Below, one piece after another: positions 17,731 to 25,859 of a DNA stretch of 64,000 nt (positions are counted from its first letter, which is position 1; every line of letters begins with the position of its first letter). The stretch is from the IMG/VR virus record IMGVR_UViG_3300038829_000263, positions 70,111 to 134,110 of that record. The stretch is one strand, 5' to 3'. This DNA is from a virus. The translations under genes were made by a program, and so were the position numbers. Below the pieces are notes generated by a model. It was not told the origin of the DNA. It did no database searches and worked only from the letters and a program-made list of their open reading frames with translations.

Positions 17731-18690
17731 CAGGGAGAGGGCGTGGCCGACTATCTCGGGCCAATTCAAGCGCTCGGCGTCCCGCTGCCGTCCGGGCAGT
17801 ACCTGGGGCCGGCGCAGTTCATCTCGGCCCCCCTCATCGGGGAGCAGTTCCTCGGGCCCATCCAGGCTTTCCCGTGCCCGTTGCTCACCGAGCAATTCCT
17901 CGGGCCGGCGCAGTTCACGACGGTCGCCATCGTGTCCCCGCAGCATCTCTCTCCGATACAATTCTTCTTCCTGGAGGTTCGCGTGGCAGGCATCAAGGGC
18001 AAGCAGATCGCGACAGGGGCCGATGGCATCGCCACCGCGAACCTGGTCGATGGCGTCCTCTCCGCGAACGCGGCCGGCCGGGCCAAGATCGCGACCGGCT
18101 TCTTCGACCTGGCGACCGTGAACGACAAGTTCGCCGCGGCGAGCATCGCGCTCGACCGCCTGGCGGAGGCGGTCATCCAGGCGGACGGCGGCCAGGCGTT
18201 CACGGCCGACCAGTCGATGGGCGGCTTCAAGCTCACGAACCTGGGCACGCCCACCGGCGCCCTCGACGCCACGAACAAGCAGTACGTCGACGGCGTCGCC
18301 TCGGGCATCGACTGGAAGCAGTCGGTCCGCCTGGCGACCGCCGCTGCCCTGCCGGCGAACACCCCCGCAGGCTCCGGCGTCGGCAAGACCCTCACGGCCA
18401 ACGCGAACGGGGCCCTGTCGGTGGATGGCGTCGCCGTCGCCGTCGCTGATCGCGTCCTCGTGAAGAACGAGGCGGCCGGGGCCAACAACGGCATCTACAC
18501 CGTCACGGCCACAGGGTCGGCCGGGGCGCCGTACGTGCTGACTCGCGCGACCGACTTCGACCAGGACGCCGAGGTCACGGCCGGCGCCGCCACCTTCGCC
18601 ACCGAGGGGAGCACGCAGGCCGACACGGGCTGGGTCCTCATCACGAACGATCCCATCGTGGTCGACACGACGGCCCTCTCGTTCACGCAG
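17119..18690 (+). repeat. Duplicated ~125-aa domain (approx. 17119-17493 and 18322-18690) in two adjacent genes
   Basis: Near-identical protein segments SVRLAT.AALPANTPAG.GVGKTLT.NANGALSVDG...NNGIYTVT...LTRATDFDQ. Confidence 0.85.
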
Positions 18691-19131
18691 TTCACGGGGA
18701 CCGGCGCCCTCACGTTCGGGATGCCGGTCGCCGTCGGCACGGCCAACGCCGAAGGCGTGGCGACTACCGTCTCGCGCTCCGACCACGTGCACGACGCCCC
18801 GGCGCCTTCGACCCTGCGCAAGAGCGTGGCGCCCACGGTCACGAGCGGCAACTTCTCCTCTACGGGCATCACGGCCGGCTTCACCCCGGCCCTGGGCGGC
18901 CACGTGCGCGTGGTCGTGAACGGCGTGGAGTACCCCGTGGGCGACGGCAACCGCCTGGACCTCGGCGGCTTCACGAACAACGTCGTGGCGTACTTCTCGG
19001 CCGACGGCGGTGCGACCGCGAAGGCGATGAGCGCGATCGTCTCCACGGACACGCTCTACTGGAACGGCACGAACGCCGGCTTCAACCTGGCGGTCACCGA
19101 CGAGGTCTCCATCCACGGCGAGGCGTTCTAG
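17743..19131 (+). CDS. Putative fibre/decoration protein with N-terminal 16-aa repeats
   Basis: Five [YFH]L[GS]PxQ repeats, a DATNKQYVD fibre motif and the duplicated domain; alternative start GTG 17983. Confidence 0.75.
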   Translation: MADYLGPIQALGVPLPSGQYLGPAQFISAPLIGEQFLGPIQAFPCPLLTEQFLGPAQFTTVAIVSPQHLSPIQFFFLEVRVAGIKGKQIATGADGIATANLVDGVLSANAAGRAKIATGFFDLATVNDKFAAASIALDRLAEAVIQADGGQAFTADQSMGGFKLTNLGTPTGALDATNKQYVDGVASGIDWKQSVRLATAAALPANTPAGSGVGKTLTANANGALSVDGVAVAVADRVLVKNEAAGANNGIYTVTATGSAGAPYVLTRATDFDQDAEVTAGAATFATEGSTQADTGWVLITNDPIVVDTTALSFTQFTGTGALTFGMPVAVGTANAEGVATTVSRSDHVHDAPAPSTLRKSVAPTVTSGNFSSTGITAGFTPALGGHVRVVVNGVEYPVGDGNRLDLGGFTNNVVAYFSADGGATAKAMSAIVSTDTLYWNGTNAGFNLAVTDEVSIHGEAF

Positions 19132-19143
19132 TAGGAGGGGCCG

Positions 19144-19695
19144 GTGGGGTCAGGACCGATCGTGGACCAGGTGCCGGAGGAGACGCCGACGAGGCGCGCG
19201 CCGCGTCGTCGCCTGGACCTCCGGCAGATCGGCGGCCTCCCGCCGGTCTACTCCATCCCGCTGGCCGTCTCCCACGTCTCCCAGGGCGTCCGTGGTCTCG
19301 TTCAGCCCACGTCCGGGATGCACGTGGGCTACCTGCTAGAGGAGGACGGCGTCGTCGGGTTCCAGGGCGTCGTGTGCCCCGACTTCGAGTTCACGGCGGC
19401 CATCCTCCGGGTCGAGTTCACATCCGTGGACACGCTCCCGGAGGATCCGTCGTGCTCGGTCTCGGCGCTCTACCTCGACAGGGCCGGGAAGGTGCACAAG
19501 CAGTTCACGCCGCCGCTCGTCGCCTGCGGGGACCTGGCCGAGTTCCACATTCCCGCCGGGCGCCTGGCGCGCTCGCGCGTTCTGACCATCGCCACGGGCT
19601 TCGCGCTCACGTCGTTCATGCCCCAGGAGGGCGATGAGCCTGCGCGCAAGAGGCCGATCCTCTTCCGCGGCGCCTGGCTGGAGTTCCCGGAGTGA
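19144..19695 (+). CDS. Hypothetical protein
   Basis: AGGAGG RBS and GC3-biased codons. Confidence 0.65.
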   Translation: MGSGPIVDQVPEETPTRRAPRRRLDLRQIGGLPPVYSIPLAVSHVSQGVRGLVQPTSGMHVGYLLEEDGVVGFQGVVCPDFEFTAAILRVEFTSVDTLPEDPSCSVSALYLDRAGKVHKQFTPPLVACGDLAEFHIPAGRLARSRVLTIATGFALTSFMPQEGDEPARKRPILFRGAWLEFPE

Positions 19696-20072
19696 CGACA
19701 CGGCCACAGCTAAAGCAGCTAGGGCTCTTTCTGGGGCGCCTCATCGGCGCGGACTTCAACACGACGGCCGACCAGGCTATCCCCATAGGCGCGGGGCTCT
19801 ACGTGCCGCGGCGGATCATCGTCACGAACCCGAGCACGAGCCTGACCCTCGCGGCGGGCGGTATCTACACGGGGGCCGGCAAGACGGGCACGATCGTCGT
19901 TCCCGCGGCGCAGGTCTACTCGGCCCTGACCGGCGCCACGAAGTTTCTGGACTTGACGCTCAACTCGCTAACCGACGTTCTCAGCGCGTCGCAGTTGCTC
20001 CTCTCCCTGACGGTGGCCCAGGGCGCGGCCGCGACGGGCGACGTCTATCTGTTCGGAGACGTTCTGCAGTAG
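19692..20072 (+). CDS. Hypothetical beta-rich protein, possibly virion-associated
   Basis: GTGA overlap; Ala/Thr/Gly-rich beta composition. Confidence 0.65.
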   Translation: MTTRPQLKQLGLFLGRLIGADFNTTADQAIPIGAGLYVPRRIIVTNPSTSLTLAAGGIYTGAGKTGTIVVPAAQVYSALTGATKFLDLTLNSLTDVLSASQLLLSLTVAQGAAATGDVYLFGDVLQ

Positions 20073-20168
20073 CCCCCCTGCCGCCTGTCCGGCATACTGG
20101 TGAGGCGGTGCGCGGCGAGTGGATCCGCCTCCCTCGCCGCGCACCGCCAAGCCTCTGGGAGGGACCCG

Positions 20169-21137
20169 GTGACGACGGCGACGCTCTACCGCGATGCGGA
20201 CTACGGGGCCCTGGCCATCTACCCTGGGGCCAGCGGCCTCGTCACGATCGACCACGGGTTCCTGGCGGAGGACTTCGAAGCGGCCCTGTCCGTCCTCGAG
20301 CGCCACGGCAGGGGCGAGACGCAGCCCGGCCCGGGCGCGTGCCACTGGCGCCTGGAGAGCGCGCATCCCCTGCAGGTCATGGCCTCCGTCGATGCCGCGC
20401 TGCGCCTGCGCGGGTACGCCGACGACGCCCTTGGCGAACGCGCGATCCTGCGCGTCACGTCCCAGGAGGCCGCCCGGCCTGATTTCCCGGCGCCGGGAAA
20501 GTGGCCGTCCGGGGCCGACCTCGACGCACACGTTCGGGCGCTCATCACCCCAGCCCTGGCTGAGGCCGCGGGCGCACCCGTGCCTCAAGTGGCCGTGGCC
20601 GTCATGCCCCGCCCGAACTCGCAGGAGTCCGCCCCCTGGGCCCGCGCCCGGGCCCTGCTACCGGCCGGCGATGCCAAGGTCGTCCAGGAGCGCCTCCGGG
20701 CCGCCCTGGTCGGTCCCGTGCGCGAGATCCTGCGCCGGGCCACGGTGACCGCCTGCTCGCCCACCCTGCCCCATGGCCGGCTCCTGGCGGAGATCGCCCT
20801 CGCCATCCCCCGGGCCCTCTTGAACGAGTGGGAGAGCGCCATCCTCCCCGCCTTCCGGCCGGCCACGCACGGGTGGCGCCAGGTCTGGCTCAAGCGCGGC
20901 GAGAAGGACGTCCCGGAGTCCTTGCTCTCCCGCGCCCGCGAGGGCGGGGCGATCGTGGGCGAGGCCCGACAGGGCCCGCGCGCTCTGGGCCTGCGCATCC
21001 CCTCGGCCATGCCCGGGGACCACCTGGCGGACACGGCCTTCTCCGAGCGGCTCTGCTGGCTGACCGAGGCCCTGGGGGTGGAGCTCGTCGGCATCGACCC
21101 CTACCAGGACTGGACCCCCGCCGCTGCCCACGAGTAG
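20169..21137 (+). CDS. Hypothetical protein
   Basis: GGAGG RBS before GTG 20169; GC3 bias. Confidence 0.6.
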   Translation: MTTATLYRDADYGALAIYPGASGLVTIDHGFLAEDFEAALSVLERHGRGETQPGPGACHWRLESAHPLQVMASVDAALRLRGYADDALGERAILRVTSQEAARPDFPAPGKWPSGADLDAHVRALITPALAEAAGAPVPQVAVAVMPRPNSQESAPWARARALLPAGDAKVVQERLRAALVGPVREILRRATVTACSPTLPHGRLLAEIALAIPRALLNEWESAILPAFRPATHGWRQVWLKRGEKDVPESLLSRAREGGAIVGEARQGPRALGLRIPSAMPGDHLADTAFSERLCWLTEALGVELVGIDPYQDWTPAAAHE

Positions 21138-21146
21138 CATGGGCGC

Positions 21147-24100
21147 ATGCCCATGCAGCCGCAAAACGAGACCTCCCGCGGCAGCCTTGCCTCCGTGACC
21201 CCGGGGTTCCTCGGGGCGACGCAGCGTGGGCGGCTCTCGGAGTTCGGCTGCGCGGGGTGCGGCTTCGCCATGCCGCGCTACCCCGGACGCTACCCCGCGG
21301 CCTGCCCCAAGTGCGGCGGGACGGTCGAGCGCCGCCAGGTGGCCGAGGCCGAGAAGATCCCCGGCGGGAAGGCGGCCGGCATGAAGCCGTCAGACTTCGA
21401 CCCCGGGGCGCTCCTCGCCGGCATCCGGGTCGAGATGGAGCACACGAGCGACGCGGCCCTGGCGATGGAGATCGCGATGGACCACCTGGCGGAGGACCCG
21501 GCCTACTACGACAAGCTCGCCACGATCCACCCGCCCGAGGAGGAGCCGGCCGAAGGCGGCGCGGGCTCGGGGTTCGTCGGCGCCCCGGACTACCCCTCCT
21601 GGCAAGGCGAGGGCGCCCCGATTCCGCTCGCCTCGCGCGCGTGCCGCATCCAGGCCCTCATCGAGGCCGGTGCGCAGGGGCGGTACCCCTACAACGCGGA
21701 CCCCGACCGCTGCTCCCGCCCGCGCCGGCTCACGGCCGCCCAGGTCGAGGAGCTGTGCCCTGGCGGTGCGGCCGGCCTGCGGATGTTCCTCGAGCAGGGG
21801 AACCCCGAGAGCCGCTACTTCCGCATCGAGTCCCCGGCCGCCCCGGTGCTCATCTGCGAGTTCCACGTCGGCGGCGACCTCGTGATCTATGCGACCGTCG
21901 ACCCCGTGACTTACCTGGGCTTCGACCCGCGCCAGGAGCTCGTCTCGGAGTCCTCGCGCTGGCCGGGCACGGTCGACGTGCACGACCCCGGCCACGACAT
22001 CATCGCGCGTATAGCCGGCGACAAGTTCCAGCTCGAGGACGTGAACACCTGGAAGGTCCACGGCTCTTGGCCGCTGTCCGACCTGATGAAGGACGACCCG
22101 ATCAGGAAGGGCATCCGCCTGGCCGGGATCTTCCTGGACGCCTTCGTCGTCGAGCAGATCCTCCAGGCCGCCGGCGGCCGCTACCGCGAGTGGGCCAACC
22201 GCATCGTGGGCGCCATCCACGCGGCCGATGATGCGGCGCTCCGCCGGGGCCTGCGCGGCATGCGCGAGGGCGTGGACGAGGAGGTCATCAGGGCGTCGAA
22301 GGGCCTCGGTCTCTCGCGCGACGACCTCCCGCAGATCGACTCGGACAAGATCGACGACTTCCTGGAGTGGCTGCGCGTCCAGGGCATCGGCGTCTACCCG
22401 ACCGAGGCCACGGCGCGCCTTCTCCTGCCGTCCCAGGGCGAGCTGGAGTCCGACAAGATCGCCGCGATGGCGAAGGAGCCCGAGAAGCTCACGAAGGGGA
22501 AGATCATCACGTCGGCCGACGGCTATGTGCTCGATGGCCATCATCGCTGGGCGGCCTACGTCGAGGTCTACCCCGAAGGCAACATGCCCGTCTGGCAAGT
22601 CCAGCTCGACATCGTCACCCTCATCAACCTGGCGAAGCTGTTCCCAGGGGCGAAGGTGCGCGACATCTCCGGCAAGCGCGTGGCCGAGGCCGCTGACTCC
22701 AAGATCGCGACGCGCCTTTCCTCGCTGGCCGCGCGACCGATGTGCCAGTTCAAGGGGCCTACCTGCGTCGGGCGCGCCTGGTGGAAGATGAACACGCCGC
22801 GCCCGTGGGGCGAGTTCGCCTGCTCGTCGTGCCTGACCGTCCTGGAGAAGGAAGCGGGCCTGGCGGAGGCCGTGAACCACGACATCGTGACGCGCGTCGT
22901 GAGCGCGATGCGCCAGGCCAACTTGCAGCCGCGCTTCGAGGGCGGCATCGCTCCGACGCCCGACGTCGGCTACGTGCGCGCCATGGCCCTGGGCAACGTG
23001 GCGCTCGAGCTCGTGTTCGCGGGCGCGCGCCTCGTCTCCGCTTCGATCGTCCCCCCGGACGCCCCTGAGGACGACAAGGCTCAGATCCGCGCCGCGGTGA
23101 TGGGCGTCCTCCCGAGCATGGCCGACATCGACTTGACCGAGAGCGCCGAGATGCCCTCGGAGCGCGAGCTGTCGGACCTGGCGACCGGCGCGACGGCAGT
23201 CACCAAGAGCGGCTCCGCGATCGAGTTCCGCTTCCCGCACGGCCGCTACGTTGAGATGGCCCACGACGCGATCCATGCGAAGTGGCCGCGCCTGGGCCTC
23301 CAGTTCTCGCAGTCGAAGAACGGGAACCCGGTCCTGATCGTCTCTCCGCCCTACGTGCCTCCGGTGCGCCGCCCGGACGCCCCGTTCTCGCTCGAGTTCT
23401 ACGACGTGAGCCACGAGGGCGACGAAGCCCCCATCCTCCGTGACATCGCGGCCGCCGGCGGCAAGGTCGTGGGGCGGCACCGCTCCGGCGAGGAACTGTC
23501 GGTCGACATCTCCGCCCCGGATGGCGAGGACGCGTTCATGGCGAAGTTCAAGCGCACGCGCTCGGCCTCGCGCCTGAACGAGGCGCGCCTGGAGGAGACG
23601 CGCTGGTCGCGCGCGGACCTGAACCGCCGGTTCAAGGGGCAGTACCACAACAAGGGCTTCGAGCTGCTCTACGGCGATGACCAGGCCGATGCCGGCGGCG
23701 GGCGCAAGCAGCCGCGCTACGCTGTCATCTCGACCTTCAAGTGGGTCGAGGCCCCGGTGAAGGGCGACTCCATCATGGACTACATGGACGAGATCGAGGC
23801 CGAGGCCCGCGACGCGATGATGGGGATGCGCGTCGTGGACGTGGGCGACGACTGGGCCGTGGTCGACATCGACTGGCGTGGGCTGGAGGAGGGCAACATG
23901 CCGGACGACTACACTCCCTCCCAGGCCCGCGCCGCGATCCGCGGGATCATGGCCGCGCAGGAGAAGGGCGTCATCCCTGTCACGACCCAGGCCGTCGCGG
24001 CTTTCGGGTTCGGCAACCCGCGCTACACGGATCTCGCGCGCCAGGTGCTCTCGCGCCTCCAGGACCAGGGCTACGTCAGCTCCGACCGGGACCAGGGCTG

Positions 24101-25859
24101 GCATCTCTACCAGTCGGCGAAGTACTGGCTGGCGGAGGCCGGCGGGAAGATCGTCCCCGGGGAAGGTCCCCAGGCCGGTGGCGGCGCCTGCCGCGCGGTC
24201 GGCGGCTTCCGGTTCGAGCTGGGCAAGTCGAAGAAGCGGAAGCCGCGGAAGGACGTGCAGCGCGCGATCCAGAACCGGCTCAACGCGAAGCGCGGGCTCG
24301 CGTCGCGCATCTCGGCCGCGAAGAAGTGGCACCAGAGCTCCCAGGGCCGGCGCTACCACCGCGACCTCGGCCGCTACCTCCGCCAGGAGTCGTACTGGCC
24401 CCTGTTCGAGCGCGAGACGGAGTTCACGAACCGCTACCAGGCCCTCGGCCTCGCGGAGCCCGACCCGGCCACGATGTGCCTGGGCGCGTGTGAGGGCACG
24501 GGCATGGTCCCGGTGAACTACGCCCCTGCGAAGGCGGGTGGGATCGGCCCCGATCCCGACCTGACCTACAAGGCGGCCTGGGAAGCGGCCGAGGCCGCTA
24601 GCCCGGCGGAGGACGGATGGCACTTCGTGAAGTGCCTGGGCTGCGGCGGCTCGGGGAAGGCGACGCGCCTGAACGAGAGCCATCTGCCCCCGCTGGTAGG
24701 GTTGGACCGGGCTCGCCTGGCCGTCGAGGTGGAGCGCCGCTCGGGTCTGGACCGCGGACCGGCCGACGAGCGGCGGGTCCTCGCGGCCATCGCCGCGGTA
24801 GAAGCCGGCGACCTGAACAACCCTGACGCCGCCCTCAAGCGCCTGGTCTACGAGCTCTGGTTCTCGCTCAAGGACAACCCACTGCCTGGACTGCGCGAGG
24901 ACGTGGGCGAGCGCACGGTCGATGACCGCTTCGACGAGTTCCTGCGCAAGCTCATCACGATCGAGTCGACGGACGTGCTGCAGGACGTCAACTTCACCGA
25001 CGACGGCGGCATCTACCTCTTCTTCGACCCCTCGCTCTGCGGGCCCGACCTGGACGAGATCCTGATGGCGCTCCGTCAGGCCCAGGGCAGCGAGGGCGTC
25101 GAGATCGTCGGCACTCCCGACGAAGAGGACAGCGACTGGTGGGTGATCTTCTCCCCGCCGCCGACCGACTCGGCCGCGTGCGTCCCTGGCCAGGAGACAC
25201 TGGACCAGCAGGCGGCGGGGGACGAGGTCCAGCCGGTCGATGGCGCGCCCGCGCCCCTGGCGAGCATGGCCGTGATGAAGCAGAACTCGGTCGACCGCCT
25301 GGCCATGAGCGTCGACATCCCGGCCCTGATGCAGGGCATCGATGGCGCCGAGGCGCAGAACGAGGCGACCGAGCGGGTCTACTACCGCATCAAGGTCGAC
25401 GGCAAGTACGTGGGTTCGCCCACGAACACCCGCACGGCGAACCCGAACCTCGCGGCGACCTGGGGGACGGACGAGCGCGACCAGGCCGAGAAGCTGGCCA
25501 AGCTCATCCCCGGCGCCGTCGTCGAGCCCTATCTCTACAAGAGCATGCTCAGCGAGTGCGGCGCGCACGGCCCTGTCATCCCCGAGGCGCTCCAGCCCCG
25601 CGAGGACGGCGTCGTCGTGCTCCTGTGGTCGGCCGTCGAGAGCCGCGTGCCCAGGTTCAAGGGCATTGCCTCGGGCGGCGCCGACCTTCACGGTCTCCGT
25701 GAGGCCGCTGCGCAGGGGAAGGGCACCCTGTTCCTCGTGCGTGCTCTGGGGGCCAGGGCCGCACGTGATACGATTCGTACTGGCAAGGGCCTGCACGAGA
25801 TCGCACCCAACGTCCTGACGAACGAGGTCGGCCTGGCGCACGTCCTCGCCGCGGAGTGA
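21147..25859 (+). CDS. Giant multidomain protein (Zn ribbon, DUF5661-like, ParB/Srx-like, wHTH-like, DnaJ-type Zn finger-like); putative internal head polyprotein
   Basis: GIRVEMEHT...EIAMDHLAEDPAYYDKL; LPSQ...IITSADGYVLDGHHRWAA; CLGACEGTG...CLGCGGSG; [LIVM]xE motifs at module boundaries. Confidence 0.75.
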   Translation: MPMQPQNETSRGSLASVTPGFLGATQRGRLSEFGCAGCGFAMPRYPGRYPAACPKCGGTVERRQVAEAEKIPGGKAAGMKPSDFDPGALLAGIRVEMEHTSDAALAMEIAMDHLAEDPAYYDKLATIHPPEEEPAEGGAGSGFVGAPDYPSWQGEGAPIPLASRACRIQALIEAGAQGRYPYNADPDRCSRPRRLTAAQVEELCPGGAAGLRMFLEQGNPESRYFRIESPAAPVLICEFHVGGDLVIYATVDPVTYLGFDPRQELVSESSRWPGTVDVHDPGHDIIARIAGDKFQLEDVNTWKVHGSWPLSDLMKDDPIRKGIRLAGIFLDAFVVEQILQAAGGRYREWANRIVGAIHAADDAALRRGLRGMREGVDEEVIRASKGLGLSRDDLPQIDSDKIDDFLEWLRVQGIGVYPTEATARLLLPSQGELESDKIAAMAKEPEKLTKGKIITSADGYVLDGHHRWAAYVEVYPEGNMPVWQVQLDIVTLINLAKLFPGAKVRDISGKRVAEAADSKIATRLSSLAARPMCQFKGPTCVGRAWWKMNTPRPWGEFACSSCLTVLEKEAGLAEAVNHDIVTRVVSAMRQANLQPRFEGGIAPTPDVGYVRAMALGNVALELVFAGARLVSASIVPPDAPEDDKAQIRAAVMGVLPSMADIDLTESAEMPSERELSDLATGATAVTKSGSAIEFRFPHGRYVEMAHDAIHAKWPRLGLQFSQSKNGNPVLIVSPPYVPPVRRPDAPFSLEFYDVSHEGDEAPILRDIAAAGGKVVGRHRSGEELSVDISAPDGEDAFMAKFKRTRSASRLNEARLEETRWSRADLNRRFKGQYHNKGFELLYGDDQADAGGGRKQPRYAVISTFKWVEAPVKGDSIMDYMDEIEAEARDAMMGMRVVDVGDDWAVVDIDWRGLEEGNMPDDYTPSQARAAIRGIMAAQEKGVIPVTTQAVAAFGFGNPRYTDLARQVLSRLQDQGYVSSDRDQGWHLYQSAKYWLAEAGGKIVPGEGPQAGGGACRAVGGFRFELGKSKKRKPRKDVQRAIQNRLNAKRGLASRISAAKKWHQSSQGRRYHRDLGRYLRQESYWPLFERETEFTNRYQALGLAEPDPATMCLGACEGTGMVPVNYAPAKAGGIGPDPDLTYKAAWEAAEAASPAEDGWHFVKCLGCGGSGKATRLNESHLPPLVGLDRARLAVEVERRSGLDRGPADERRVLAAIAAVEAGDLNNPDAALKRLVYELWFSLKDNPLPGLREDVGERTVDDRFDEFLRKLITIESTDVLQDVNFTDDGGIYLFFDPSLCGPDLDEILMALRQAQGSEGVEIVGTPDEEDSDWWVIFSPPPTDSAACVPGQETLDQQAAGDEVQPVDGAPAPLASMAVMKQNSVDRLAMSVDIPALMQGIDGAEAQNEATERVYYRIKVDGKYVGSPTNTRTANPNLAATWGTDERDQAEKLAKLIPGAVVEPYLYKSMLSECGAHGPVIPEALQPREDGVVVLLWSAVESRVPRFKGIASGGADLHGLREAAAQGKGTLFLVRALGARAARDTIRTGKGLHEIAPNVLTNEVGLAHVLAAE

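Noticed and set aside
17119-18690. Possible diversity-generating retroelement template/variable repeat pair
   Set aside because: Mismatches are mostly synonymous and not adenine-specific, both copies are coding, and there is no reverse transcriptase in the window.
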